Source: Octopus bimaculoides (taxonomy: Eukaryota). Taken from it: a stretch of 64,000 bases of DNA. How positions within the stretch are numbered: position 1 is the stretch's first letter; each line of letters opens with the position of its first letter. The translations under genes were made by a program, and so were the position numbers. Below are positions 24,444 to 37,886 of this stretch, piece by piece. Location of the stretch: positions 126,332,426-126,396,425 of the forward strand of contig NC_068984.1 in assembly GCF_001194135.2 (NCBI RefSeq). The letters run 5' to 3'. Below the pieces are notes generated by a model that saw nothing but the letters and a program-made list of their open reading frames with translations, made no database searches and was not told the origin of the DNA.

Positions 24444-25989
24444 GTATGTTTATGTATATCCATATACATGTGTGCATGACTGTGTATATGTATGCATGTA
24501 TGTATATATGTGTGTATGCATCTATGTATATGTCAGTCCAAACAAAAAACCTCTTTGGTGCAGAACCTCTTTGGTGTTGATGGTATGATAAATTATACCT
24601 CATACAAACTATTAAGACATTCACAACAAAGTTAACTGATTTTCTGTGTTAGCGTATGTGCTAAATGCTGAGGATTATTATTTATGGCAAGATACAATGA
24701 AATCCAACCAGGTGATACTAGCTTGGAAAAATGGACACAAACTGACAATGATGATGTCCATATGTATAAAGGTCTTGTTTATCATGATTTCAGTTAATTT
24801 GGAATTTAAATTTACAGGGCTTATGTTTTGTGACCATTTTCCAAATATGTGGAATATAATTTTGGTTATCACTGATTATCATTAATGGCATGGTATGAAG
24901 AGATCTGAGTTGTCACTTCTTACACAGTCAATAGAGCTAGGTGCTAGATGCATGAATACTCTGACTACTGCTGAATCTATCCTCTCTTTTCCCTCTGTAT
25001 TCTTCCAGCTTCATTCAGTTGTCCTTAGCTCTATTCTAGTACAGGTTTCTACAGGTATGCAATCTCTGTTCATAACCTTGTCCTTACAGTTAATTTTCTT
25101 GTGCAATTTCTCATTTCCTTCTGCTACCCTAACTACTACACTGCTTTATCATCCCTGACCCAGTGGTCAACCCTTTGTTTATACATTCATTGTCCCCTGT
25201 TGTTATCCCTCCTAAATTGCTTTCCTGCCTGCTTGTTCAGTTCATGCTTCTACAGCCTTTGACTTCATTGCCACCTTCTATTACAGCCTCTACTTTTATA
25301 ACACTCTGACCAACTTCACTTGTCTATTCCATTGCCTGTTGTTCTTGACTCCCCTACTTTCTCTCACTACCTCTCTCTGACCCTCCTTCTTCACTCTTCA
25401 AGGCCAATCCTCACAACTCTTCTTTACATTGTTTCATTGACAGTTTTATTTTAACTAGTGATGCTGCTTTCCATCAAAGAATTCTTCAGTTCTCACAATC
25501 AGCGAATTTATTGATCTTCTAGAAATTACCTGTTGCTGATACAGACTCTCGTCAGTTTTCTGAGATTCTGGAATTTTCCAGGGACATGAGCAGTACTGCT
25601 CTGGCCATTTTATGAAGCACAGCATTTGTCCTTTTCCCTTACACAATGCTCAAATCATATCCAAACTTCTAACAAATGAATGATAAAAGAAATTCTAAAT
25701 CTACTTGTTTGAAACAATAGAAAGGTTTATTTTGTTGGAATAAAAACTGAAGAAAATGAATAAATCTGAAGCCGAAATCCTGGATGCTAAATCACTGGCT
25801 GTGATTCAAATCTACAAGATAGAATATTTTGAAGAAAATTAATGCTTACAGGATGCTATGCGAAAGTGATTTATCATCTTTTAGTGTAAAAACAGGAGTT
25901 ACAAGAAATAAAATGCAATCTACATTGGAAAAAGGTTTTTCCACATTGTGTTCATGATTTTTAAAGCTTTGATATCTCTCATATTCTAC

Positions 25990-26340
25990 CTGTGGCCATG
26001 CTGGGGCACTGCTTTGAACTTTTAGTCAAATGAATTGACCCCACTACTTATACTGTTGGTCTCTTTTGCCAAACTGTTAAGTTATGGGGATGTAAACACA
26101 CCAACACTAGTTGTCAAGCAGTGGTGGAGGACAAACACAAACAATAAAGATGCATACATATAGATATACATGTGTACACCAAGCTTCTTTCATTTTCCAT
26201 CTAACAAATCCACTCACAAGATTTGGTCTGCCTGAGACTATAGTAGAAGACACTTGCCAAAGGTACCATGCAGTGGGACTGAACCCAAAATCATGTGGTT
26301 GGGAAGCAAGCTTCTTACCACACAGCCATGCTTGTGCCTA
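25990..26340 (-). mobile_element. SINE family A
   Basis: Reverse-complement head, core and tail. Confidence 0.8.
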
Positions 26341-26429
26341 TAAAATTATTCCACATATTACATAATTCATATCATGGTTTGAATTTGAAGAGATTAAAAA
26401 TGAGTCTGTTAGTAAGAATTGAAGCAATC

Positions 26430-26720
26430 TCTTGGAAAAAATTTGCAAATGAAGATCTGGTTGAGATGGAGTTACAGTTTGTATTTCAAGAGCTTGATGC
26501 CAAAGAGGAAGCTGCACCAATAAAGAAGTTCAAAATAAATGAGATTGATGCATTGTTTTTGCTCTTTATTTTGTTTGTGAAAATACAAAACGGAAATTAA
26601 TGGATGAAGGTGCTGTTATCCATCATGCAGTGAAAGTTTGTTGAAATATGGGCTATGTAATTAGATGCTATAAACAAATATAGGAAGAAAAGAAACTTCA
26701 AAACAAGTCTCTCTTTAAAA
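26430..26720 (+). pseudogene. Possible pogo/Tigger transposase C-terminal remnant
   Basis: ANEDLVEMELQ...EEAAPIKKF and RCYKQI*EEKKLQNKSL resemble Tigger NEDLxE...EPKKF...CYxEIxxEKKxxxxQTSL. A similar xKQxTLxKxF-like end lies at ~25870-25945. Weak, frameshifted similarity. Confidence 0.4.
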
Positions 26721-27017
26721 ATTATTTTACACACAATTTAAACCTTCCATTAATTTATGCACAAGCTTGTGGATTTGAATAAACTTTACAAACTAAAAAC
26801 TGAATTTACTTCCTTTACATTGGCAAGATTATCCAATTTTACATGTTAAATAGTTGCTGCTTAATTTAATGCAGCTCTGCATTTCATATCCTGCTTACAT
26901 TGGCAACATTGACCAATTTTACATATTTTATAGTTCTTATTTAATAGGTCAGTGAATTGGCAGAATTGTAAGAGTTTTGGACAAAAATGCCTTGCAATAT
27001 TTGTTCCTTCTAAGGCA

Positions 27018-27620
27018 GCAAGCTGGCAGAAATGTTAGCATGCTGGGCGAAATGCTTAGCAGTATTTCGTCTGTCTTTATGTTCTGAGTTCAAATTCCGC
27101 CAAAGGGTTGACTTTACCTTTCATCCTTTTGGGGTTGATAAATTAGGTACCAGTTGTGTACTGGGATCAATCTAATCAACTGGCTCCCTCCCCCAACATT
27201 TCAAGCCTTGTGCTTAGAGTAGAAAAAAAAAAATGTTCCTTCTCTTCGCACTCTGGATTCGATCCCAGTAAATTTAACTTTGGTCTTAATCCTTCAAGAG
27301 TTGATAACATAAAGCACCAATCTATGTCAACATGCAATAGGCTACCATGGTACTGAAGAGTCCAAATTTTTATCTGACCATAGAGCCTTGACAATAGGTA
27401 AAGTGATCCATCGGTTAGAATAGTAGAATCATTATCACATCGAGCAAAATGGTTAGCGATATTTTGCACATCTTTACATTCTGAGTTCAAATTCCACCGA
27501 GGTTTATTTTCAGGGTCAATAAAATAAGTACCAGTTGAATACTGGGGTTGATGTAATCAACCAGCCTCCTCCTGCAAAATTTCAGGCTTTGTGCTTATAA
27601 TAGAAAGGGTTATTATTATC
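27018..27620 (+). mobile_element. Head-to-tail copies of (ATT)n-tailed SINE (family C)
   Basis: agctggcagaa head, ctgagttcaaattccgcc B-box region, tttcatcctttcggggtcgataaa core (resembles the Meta-type SINE core domain), tail aaagggttattattat. Confidence 0.75.
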
Positions 27621-28159
27621 TGTCTGTAACACTTAGTATTATTGCCACAACACTCACACATGCATACATCTCATCATTTACTTATACATGCATGTACACA
27701 AGCACACACATACAGACTCTCTCTCTCTCTCTCTCCCCCCTCCCCCCCTCTCTCTCTCTCAACGCCATATTTGATAGCAAAAGTGACAAATGGGTGATAT
27801 TAGCCAGCACCCTTCATTAAAGCATATAATATAGGACCAACTTTGCATAAAGGACATGGGGTGATTTTTTGGGGGGCATTTTGTTGGAAAGTTTTATATC
27901 CCAGAAAATACTGTTGGCACTTTTAAATGAGTTCTTTTATATATTTTTGTACCACTTAACTGTCATGAATGAACCTCCCTGTATGTGTGTACAAATTTAC
28001 AGCTATTATCTCAAATTGTAGGGGGAAGATATGGAAGGGGTAGACCCAGGAAGATGTAGGACGAAGTGGTGAGAAAGGATCTACAGATATTGGGACTCAA
28101 AGGTGGGATGATAGGGGACCAAGACTCCTGGCAGTTTGTTATGCTTGAAAAGACCTGTC

Positions 28160-28460
28160 AAGCTAAGTAAAAGCATGGTTGCCCTTGCAAATAGGCTCAT
28201 CCCCTGCAATCCTCTCCAGCTGAGCATCCCTAATCTTACAGGCTTGTAGGTGTTGGTACCATGTAAAAAGTACCTGTGCTGGTGCTGCATAAAAGCACCC
28301 AGTACACTCTGTAAAGTGGTTGGTGTTAGAAAGGGTATCCAGCTTTAGAAACCATGCCAAAATAGACATAGAACCTGAACATCCCTTCAGCTGGTCAGCT
28401 CCTGTCAAACCACCCAACCTATACCAGCATGGAAAACAGACATTAAATGATGATGATGTT
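28160..28460 (+). mobile_element. RTE-type 3' tail element ending in (GAT)n
   Basis: aaaagcacccagtacactctgtaaagtggttggtgttagaaagggtatccagc...gcatggaaaacagacattaaatgatgatgat. Confidence 0.7.
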
Positions 28461-28846
28461 TATAAAATAAGTATATTTTTTGGAAATTGCTCAAATGCAT
28501 CTGTAATAACATATAATAGCTATATTTACATTCAAGCAACTTCATTAAAGAAGCTTATTTATATATTTCTTGGTGCTTTCAAATTACAATTTAATATGAT
28601 CTAAATGTAAACAAACTTGCTTTTTCACTTGTAAGACCAAGGCTTCTAATTTGGGTGGTTGGATATCAGAGATACTTTGGTGTAAAGGTAGATGCATGGT
28701 TCTAGTCTTGTTGGGGTATGTCTGCCCCTTTCTTGGTCAAGGCTTTTTTTTTAAACCCAATATATTTTGAGCTCTTATTTATAGTTGAGTTGAGCAACTT
28801 TATAAAAGAGATGTATTTTCGTAATCCTCAATATTTCTAAACAATG

Positions 28847-28898
<52 letters not shown>

Positions 28899-29019
28899 TT
28901 AGTAAATGGAGTAAAACGCATATGTTAAATGAATTCTTTTATTTCCAACATATATAATAATATATATATATAGTAGAATAAGGATTCAGATAGAATCAGA
29001 TACTTGAAAAGATATACAC

Positions 29020-29210
29020 CAGGTAGGGTTGCATAAACCTGTGGTTCTGGCCAGTTTTTATGAAATGTTTACGTTAACAGACTTGAGTTAACGGAAGCTA
29101 AATGTAACAGAAGTTAATTAGTCTGATTATAATTTTCAAAGTTAACTTAAAAGTTAAATTGTTAACAAAAATGTTAACTTCTTTAATCAATGGACTTATG
29201 CCCAGCTCTG
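29020..29210. mobile_element. Possible hAT-like MITE with multiple GTTAAC motifs
   Basis: Imperfect TIRs cagg(t)agggttgcataa / ttatgcccagctctg and several internal gttaac hexamers. No clear TSD. Confidence 0.35.
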
Positions 29211-29625
29211 TGTATATATATAAATAATAGGTATTTTATAAATATATATGTACAAATAATAGACATTTTATAAATATATATATTTATATAAATAATAGAC
29301 ATTTTATAAATATATATATTAGACATTATATATATATACATGTAATATACATTTTTTATACACACACATATATATAATGTCTATTTGTGAACAGTTGTGT
29401 TGGAACTTGAAACTCTGTTATCACTTCATTTTTTTTCTTCCTCTTTTTACCATTTGTTCTGTTACTATCACAAGTACCACTGTCTGCTGCCATGTTGACA
29501 TTGTTGAAAGTATAATATTCAGTTAAGTTGTACTTTTAGCCAAATATACACCAATTAATTACACACTTTGTTTACGTGATAGTAGATAGAAGGTGAAGAA
29601 TCTCTTCTCCCTCTCTTTCTCTCTC

Positions 29626-29659
<34 letters not shown>

Positions 29660-29799
29660 GCTCTCTCTCTCTCTATATATATATACACATGGTTATATAT
29701 GTATATATGGTGATGTATATCATGCACACACGCAAGCACATACACACACGCACATACACACACATATATTGTCGATGTCATAAGAATTTATAAATTTCA

Positions 29800-30290
29800 T
29801 GAGAACATGAAATATTTCATTTTTTTGGGGTGGGGGAAATCGTAAAAGTCGAAGAGGACAAAGCTATTAATAATAGTGGGTAAGTCAATGGCTGCTTTCT
29901 GATAAGGATAAAGTTCCTAAAATGCATAGAGAGATTTGAAAGACTGCTTTGGTCCAATGGGCAATCACCTTTCATGTTTACCGAAGATTTGGGTTCATGT
30001 CTCATAGGAAGCCTTCGACTGTTTCTATCCAAATAGGTATTTTAACCTAATATTTACAGGCCATTATTTAGAACTTTATCTGGTTCAGGTTTCATCATTT
30101 CAAAAGATAGAATATCTATATCTGTCTGTCTATTTACATATATAACCAGAAATGGTTCTGACGAAAGTAGCATTCATTTCTGAGGTCGTTCAGTTTTTCT
30201 CAACTGATTATTAAGCCAGTTGAGTAAACCTATTAGTAATGAACTTATAACGACTACTGAAAACTGCTGTAAGCCAAATTTCCTCCGATA
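29800..30290 (-). pseudogene. Possible degenerate Penelope-like (GIY-YIG) ORF end
   Basis: Fragments FIGGN..., YLDRNSRRLPMRHEP and FILIRKQP loosely resemble LPFIG, YIGxTxRxLxxRxxEH and ExxLIxxxxP. Heavily frameshifted. Confidence 0.25.
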
Positions 30291-30324
30291 AAGATAAAAT
30301 ATGTAAAAACTATTGTTTATTTAC

Positions 30325-30530
30325 TCTTTTACTTGTTTCAGTCATTTTGACTGCGGCCATGCTGGAGCACTGCCTTTAGTCGAGCAAATCGACCCCAGGA
30401 CTTATTCTTTGTAAGCCTAGTACTTATTCTATCAGTCTCTTTTGCCAAACCGCTAAGTTACAGGGACGTAAACACACCAACATCGGTTGTCAAGCGATGT
30501 TGGTGGGGACAAACACAGACACAAACACAC

Positions 30531-30563
<33 letters not shown>

Positions 30564-30622
30564 CGACGGGCTTCTTTCAGTTTCCATCTACCAAATCCAC
30601 TCACAAGACTTTGGTCAGCCCA
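30325..30622 (-). mobile_element. Young SINE family A (5' end in gap)
   Basis: tactcttttacttgtttcagtcattttgactgcggccatgctggagcac... near-identical to 61695-62000. Confidence 0.9.
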
Positions 30623-30877
30623 NNNNNNNNNNNNNNNNNNNNNNNNNNNNNNNNNNNNNNNNNNNNNNNNNNNNNNNNNNNNNNNNNNNNNNNNNNNNNN
30701 NNNNNNNNNNNNNNNNNNNNNNNNNNNNNNNNNNNNNNNNNNNNNNNNNNNNNNNNNNNNNNNNNNNNNNNNNNNNNNNNNNNNNNNNNNNNNNNNNNNN
30801 NNNNNNNNNNNNNNNNNNNNNNNNNNNNNNNNNNNNNNNNNNNNNNNNNNNNNNNNNNNNNNNNNNNNNNNNNNNNN

Positions 30878-30911
<34 letters not shown>

Positions 30912-31179
30912 AATATTTGTTTTTATGTTTAGTTATAATAAAATTAATTTTACATTATTCTGAGGGGTTACTCTATGCTGTCATAGAGTACTGATTTATT
31001 ATTCTTAAACAAGAATATTGTTGATAGTGTTTTTGAAGTTCAATGATAGCTTAATTGACCAAAACTTTGAAGTCTGTCAACAATATTCTTGTTTTTGCTA
31101 GTTCTGGTCAAACCGTCCAACTCATGCCAGCATGGACAACGGCTGTTAAATGATGGTGATGATGATGTATATGTGTGTG

Positions 31180-31346
31180 TGTGTGGCTGTGTAGTAAGTT
31201 TGTTTCCCAAGCACATGGTTCCAGCTTCACTTCCTCCATGTGTCACCTTGGGCAAGTGTCTTGTACTATAAGCCTTGGGGTGACCAAAACCTTGTAAGTG
31301 TAACTGGAAGATGGAAACTGAAAGGAGCCTGTTGTGTGTGTGTGTG

Positions 31347-31383
<37 letters not shown>

Positions 31384-31535
31384 CTTTGTGTATGTATTTG
31401 TCCCACCTCACTACTTGGCAACCAGTGTTGGTGTGTTTACATCCCTGTAACCTGGCAGTTCAGCAAAAGGACTGATAGAACATGTACCAGCATGACCACA
31501 GTCTAATGACCGAAACAAGTAAAAGATAGAAATCA
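31180..31535 (+). mobile_element. SINE family A
   Basis: Head ggctgtgtagtaag, core caccttgggcaagtg, tail gaccgaaacaagtaaaaga. Confidence 0.8.
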
Positions 31536-32042
31536 GAAGAACAATGTGGAATATACGTGTGGAAAAATGAAAGAAAATGTTTAGATAAGGAGGGTAACCA
31601 AAAGATACATAGAATTCTGACTGAATTAATTCAAGTTGTGAGGAAAACAGGAAAAACCCAAAATGATATGTATATGTATACTTGTATATAGTCGTTTGAT
31701 ATAAGTGTAGAATGAAGTATATAATTTAGATGGACCCTCATAACCATTCAATGTTTAAAGAAATTCTATTATATTTTTATAATTAGTTTTAGGGATTGCG
31801 TCCAACCCATGCTAGCATGGAAAGCAGATGATAAACGATGATGATGATGTAAAAATGTTGTTAAAAATATTTCGTGTGTTATAGAAGTATAAACAAGTTA
31901 TTGCACGTAAATTTTAACAAAATCTTATGTTGGCCCTAAAGGGTCATATGGACCCCATTTGAGAACCACTGACTTAGAAGAGAAACTGAGTACTGAGTGC
32001 CTTTTGGTATTTTAGGACAAATTACTGTATTTGATGGCCTAT

Positions 32043-32402
32043 GTGGAGGCGCAATGGTCCAGTGGTTAGGGCAGAGGACTCACGGTCATAGGACCGCGGT
32101 TTCGATTCCCAGACCGGGCATTGTGAGTGCTTATTGAGCGAAAACACCTAAAGGTCCACGAGGCTCCGGCAGAGGATGGTGGTGAACCCTGCTGTGCTCT
32201 TCCACCACAACTTTCTCCCACTCTTACTTCCTGTTTCTGTTGTGCCTCTAATTCAAAGGGTCAGCCTTGTCACACTGTGTCATGCTGAATATCCTCAAGA
32301 GGGTACACATGTCTGTGGAGTGCTCAGCCACTTGCACGTTAATCTCACGAGCAGGCTGTTCCGTTGATTGGATCAACTGGAACCTTCGACGTCGTAAGTG
32401 CC
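32043..32402 (+). mobile_element. SINE family B
   Basis: Collinear, high-identity match to 1586-1950. Confidence 0.9.
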
Positions 32403-32406
32403 AATA

Positions 32407-32719
32407 GCCTATAAGGTATGTGGGTGCATAGGACACACCCTAGCCTAAGCTATACTTTTGTAAAATAAATTACCACTAAAATAATGTTTTAATTTCTCCA
32501 CTTACCTGTATAACTTTGTTATTACCGTTAATTATAAGCAATTTATTGCATCCACATTTGATATAAACATACCATAGGTGATTGTTCACCAATAGATGGC
32601 AGCACATGTTTTGTAAACATACATACCGTTTCGAGCAAGTTTTGAGCCTACATTAAGTGCATTGGATGCAGGGGGATTTTTAAAGCCATTTTTGGATAAA
32701 AAAGGTGTGTCTTATAGGC
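32407..32719. mobile_element. Possible pogo/Tc-like MITE
   Basis: Right end ggtgtgtcttataggc is the reverse complement of gcctataagacacacc, seen at the left end with a ~16-nt insertion. Confidence 0.4.
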
Positions 32720-33389
32720 CATCAAATATGGTAAATGAAAGAAAATTAAGAACTGAAAACAGATGACCAAGCAGTTCAGTGACCAGGATGAAGGGATTAG
32801 AAGCAGGGGAAATGGGATGTAGGAAGAAGGGCTGTGATGAATGGGAAGGGATAGAAAGAAAGAGTAACAGTAACAGACAAGTGGAGAGAAAGAGAAAGCG
32901 AAAGTGAAAGAAAGATTTGTTGCTGATGCAATTATAACAGGGAAGGAAAAAGAATAGATAGAAAGGTATAAAGCTAGAAAGTGGGATCACTGGATGGATG
33001 GATGGATAGATAGATAGATAGATAGATAGATAGACAGATAGATAGATAGACAGATAGATAGATAGATAGACAAGATACACTGATAGAAAGGAGAATGCAA
33101 CAGAAAGTGGTAGAAATGTATAAAGATAGAAAGGGGAATAAATGGATAGATAAATAGTTACGAAGACAGAAAGACAGGTTGAAAAATAAAATGGTAGAAA
33201 GATAGTTAGAGAAAGTGATAGATCCATTCGCAAATATACATACATCTGTCTATCTTTCTACATTCATCCATCTGTGTTTTGTTGATCTGGTAAGTTCTGG
33301 GGATGTAAACAAACATTGGTTGTCAAGCAGTGGAGGGTGATGGATGGATGCATGCACACACACACATGTATATCCATATAGACAAATAA

Positions 33390-33420
<31 letters not shown>

Positions 33421-33621
33421 AACAGATCAATGTAGATATCAATGATGATCATTCAGTTGGTTGATCAAGCGACTTATCAGTTCATTGAACTCGCTTAAAT
33501 ATGACAGAATATTCTACAGACATATGCACTATTAATGTAGCCCCTCAGGCAGGATTAGCATAACACAAAGTGTATTAATGATGTACCTTTGAAATTACAA
33601 ATACTATCTAAAGGATTTCTG

Positions 33622-33803
33622 CATCATCATCATCATCATTTAACGTCTGCTTTTCATGGTAGCATGGGTTGGACTATTTGACCGAGGACTGGTGAACCAG
33701 ATGGCTACACCAGGCTCCAATCTGATTTGGCATGGTTTTCTACAGCTGGATGCCCTTCCTAACGCCAACCACTCCGAGAGTGTAGTGGGTGCTTTTACGT
33801 GCA
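33622..33803 (-). mobile_element. RTE-type 3' tail element
   Basis: (cat)n-ttaacgtctgc...ggatgcccttcctaacgccaaccactcc; reverse complement of 55850-56030. Confidence 0.85.
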
Positions 33804-34644
33804 TAGTTCCCTTTATTTGCAAACTTATGATAAAAACACTTGCCCAAGTTTCTACATAGTGACTTAGTAGTTTTGATCTCAGGCCCTTATGATTGTGAAG
33901 TGGACTTCTTAATTATTTGGGCTGGCTGCATATTTATATGGGTATGGTACACAGACACATATATGATGCATAGAAACCTGTATGTATGTATGTATGTATG
34001 GATGGATGGATGGATGGATGTAGGTGTGTTTGTATTGTTTAAGACGTTTGCTTCCCAGCCACATGGTTTTAGGTTCAATCCCACTGTATGACATCTATAG
34101 CCCCAGTCCAACCAAAGCCCTTATGAATGGATTTAGTAGACAAGAACTGTGAGGAAGTGAGGAAGACTATTGTGTGTGTGTGTGTGTGTATATTGTTTAA
34201 ATCCCTGTAACTTAGTGGTTCAACAAAAGAGGATGATATATCAAGTACCAGACTTAAAAGTAAGTTTTGGGATCGATTTATTTAGGTGATGTCCTAGGAT
34301 GTCCACAGTTTAGTAATAGGAACAAGTAAAAGATATCTGCTTGCCTGTCTGTCCGTCTACAAAATATATGTGTGTGTATCTTTTTATTCTTTTATTACCT
34401 TCTATTTTTTTAGTTCTTCATTATATAACAAGTACTTATTTCTGGTTTTATTTTGTCATTTTATACTCTGTTAGTTGGTTATGATACTAACTCATCAACT
34501 GCCTTGTTAAATAGTTGTGTGTGCAGATGCATAAACACTTATAAACACTCACAACACATGCGCATACAACATGCTTCTGAACAGTTTTTGTCTATCAAAT
34601 TTCACTCATAATGTATTGGTCTTTATTATGAAAACTGTCTACTG

Positions 34645-35252
34645 GGATCTATTTCAAAACGGGGGCACCAGTTTTCATTTATGTTTTATGTAGTGTTTTT
34701 GGTACGGAAAGACTTTCAAACTTCGTATACTTATCTATTTTGTGTTATAGAACAGAAAAAAATTTTTGTATTCAAATTTATTTCATGTAAAAAATTGTCT
34801 TATTTCGATAATTTCTACTAATCACTGACGTCTATTCAGTTGAAAACAGTTAGCGCTGTAACAGTGTATATCGTATTAATCCCCTAACCCTAACCCTAAC
34901 CCTAACTCTAGAATCTGAACTCTAAAATTGTTACACACATAGATATGCACAGCGTAATTTATTATATAAACAATATATGCGTATAAATTACGATTAAACC
35001 AGATGAAATATGTCACAGGGAATAACATTTTTATGACCGCCCAGCAGTAACTCTACTGAGCTGAATAGACATCAGTGATTGGTTGAAATTACAGAAATAC
35101 GACAACTTTAACATGGAATAACTTGCAATCTACGTTTTTTTGTTAAGAAGACTAAGAGTAAAAGATGTTTTATATGACACATTCTACCAGTGTCCCAAGT
35201 TTCAAAGTGTTTCGTTAAGAAAATACTGGTGCCCCCGTTTTGAAATAGATCC
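34645..35252. mobile_element. 608-bp non-autonomous TIR DNA transposon (Merlin-like) with internal (CCCTAA)4
   Basis: Perfect 28-bp TIR ggatctatttcaaaacgggggcaccagt (34645-34672 / 35225-35252) and perfect 8-bp TSD gtctactg (34637-34644 / 35253-35260). GG...CC ends with an 8-bp TSD fit Merlin. Confidence 0.92.
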
Positions 35253-35384
35253 GTCTACTGTACTGCCCAGTGGGACTGAACCTGAAACCATGTAATTCTC
35301 AAGTTAACTTTTCAACCCTTCCACCATACTTGCACCTTGAAAATGCATGCATATAACACACACACACACACACATAAGTGCAGG

Positions 35385-35810
35385 TAATGGCTGCGTGGTT
35401 AAACATTTGCTTCTCAACCACATGATTTTGGGTTCAGTTCTGCTGTGTAGCACCTTTGACAAGTGTCTTCTAGTACAGCCTCAGGCTAACTGAAGCATGG
35501 TGAATGGATTTGGTAGATGGAGACTAAAAGAAGCCTGTCATATATATATATATATATCTTGATATATATCTTGATATATATCTATGTATGTGTCTTTATA
35601 TCTGTTTGTCCCCTCACCACAGCTTGAGAACCAGTGTTGGTTTGTTTACATCTCTGTAACTTAGTGGTTCACCAAAAGAGACTGGTAGAATAAGTACCAG
35701 GCTTACAAAAAAAAAGAAAAGTGCTGGAGTTGATTCATTTGACTAAAAATTCAAGGTGGTGCCCCAGTATGGTCACAGTATAATGACTGAAACAAGTAAA
35801 AGATAAAAGA
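35385..35810 (+). mobile_element. SINE family A
   Basis: Head ggctgcgtggtt, TA hinge, tail gactgaaacaagtaaaagataaaaga. Confidence 0.85.
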
Positions 35811-35852
35811 CACATATGCCTAACACACTGTGTGTGTGTGCGTGTGTGTGTG

Positions 35853-35934
<82 letters not shown>

Positions 35935-37066
35935 TCACTTCTGACCCTTTAGCATTCAGTTTACTNNNNNNNNNNNNNNNNNNNNNNNNNNNNNNNNNNN
36001 NNNNNNNNNNNNNNNNNNNNNNNNNNNNNNNNNNNNNNNNNNNNNNNNNNNNNNNNNNNNNNNNNNNNNNNNNNNNNNNNNNNNNNNNNNNNNNNNNNNN
36101 NNNNNNNNNNNNNNNNNNNNNNNNNNNNNNNNNNNNNNNNNNNNNNNNNNNNNNNNNNNNNNNNNNNNNNNNNNNNNNNNNNNNNNNNNNNNNNNNNNNN
36201 NNNNNNNNNNNNNNNNNNNNNNNNNNNNNNNNNNNNNNNNNNNNNNNNNNNNNNNNNNNNNNNNNNNNNNNNNNNNNNNNNNNNNNNNNNNNNNNNNNNN
36301 NNNNNNNNNNNNNNNNNNNNNNNNNNNNNNNNNNNNNNNNNNNNNNNNNNNNNNNNNNNNNNNNNNNNNNNNNNNNNNNNNNNNNNNNNNNNNNNNNNNN
36401 NNNNNNNNNNNNNNNNNNNNNNNNNNNNNNNNNNNNNNNNNNNNNNNNNNNNNNNNNNNNNNNNNNNNNNNNNNNNNNNNNNNNNNNNNNNNNNNNNNNN
36501 NNNNNNNNNNNNNNNNNNNNNNNNNNNNNNNNNNNNNNNNNNNNNNNNNNNNNNNNNNNNNNNNNNNNNNNNNNNNNNNNNNNNNNNNNNNNNNNNNNNN
36601 NNNNNNNNNNNNNNNNNNNNNNNNNNNNNNNNNNNNNNNNNNNNNNNNNNNNNNNNNNNNNNNNNNNNNNNNNNNNNNNNNNNNNNNNNNNNNNNNNNNN
36701 NNNNNNNNNNNNNNNNNNNNNNNNNNNNNNNNNNNNNNNNNNNNNNNNNNNNNNNNNNNNNNNNNNNNNNNNNNNNNNNNNNNNNNNNNNNNNNNNNNNN
36801 NNNNNNNNNNNNNNNNNNNNNNNNNNNNNNNNNNNNNNNNNNNNNNNNNNNNNNNNNNNNNNNNNNNNNNNNNNNNNNNNNNNNNNNNNNNNNNNNNNTA
36901 TATATATATATATATATGTATGTATATATAGGCATGTGTGAATATGTTTGTACATACATATGTATATATATATCATAACCACATCTGTCATGTCTGACAG
37001 CATGTTTTGCTAAATTCATCTCCTGGATAATGTTTTCCTTTTCTTATTAATGCAGTAAAAAAAAAA

Positions 37067-37097
<31 letters not shown>

Positions 37098-37844
37098 ATC
37101 CTTCTATATGTATATAATATAATTGTGTATGTTGGTATATTTTATTAGAAGGCTTCTGCACTAATAATCTTTACACATATACAATTCAATGCTTTTTGTG
37201 TGTGTGTGTCTGTATTTTTTTGTCAGTCTGTGTGTATGTATGTACACACACACACACTTATAAACAAGTGCACATACATATACATGCACAAAAAGACACA
37301 CACAATCAAATGTATTCACACATAGAAATTTGCTCCCACGTGAACGTGTTTTTCCGGATGTTTCTAGATGTATCTTTAGCTATTGGCAAGCTAGTGGCTG
37401 GAGCCTCCTGTCTGTTTATAACATTCGTAACAACATGGTGGGATGCTAATGTCATGCTCACATGTGTGTGTATGTGTGTGCGTGCGCTCGTATAAAACAC
37501 ACACACACACACGTTTGTAGTTGTGTATATACAAGTATGAATGAGAGTTTACGTGTGTATGAGTATGCATATTTGTTTATACATATACATGTGAATATTT
37601 GTGTAGATATGTGTGTGTAAATGAGCATACAATTTTGTATAGGTAATATATATATATATATAAATATTCTCATACATATACACACTAATATGCATACACA
37701 CATACACCCTTGTACATTTAACAAGCTTGGAGATAAGTGTAATATTACAGTGGATTACTCAAAATTGTTAATTTTAAGTGTAAAATTTCCCAAGTACATG
37801 CATTGTTTACAAAACTACACACAGACATCAACACCAACATACAC

Positions 37845-37886
<42 letters not shown>

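Noticed and set aside
24895-25450. Purine-rich minus-strand stretch as a LINE ORF1 remnant
   Set aside because: No recognisable motif in any frame.
34882-34905. (CCCTAA)4 as a chromosome end or fusion scar
   Set aside because: It is internal to a TIR element with a perfect TSD.
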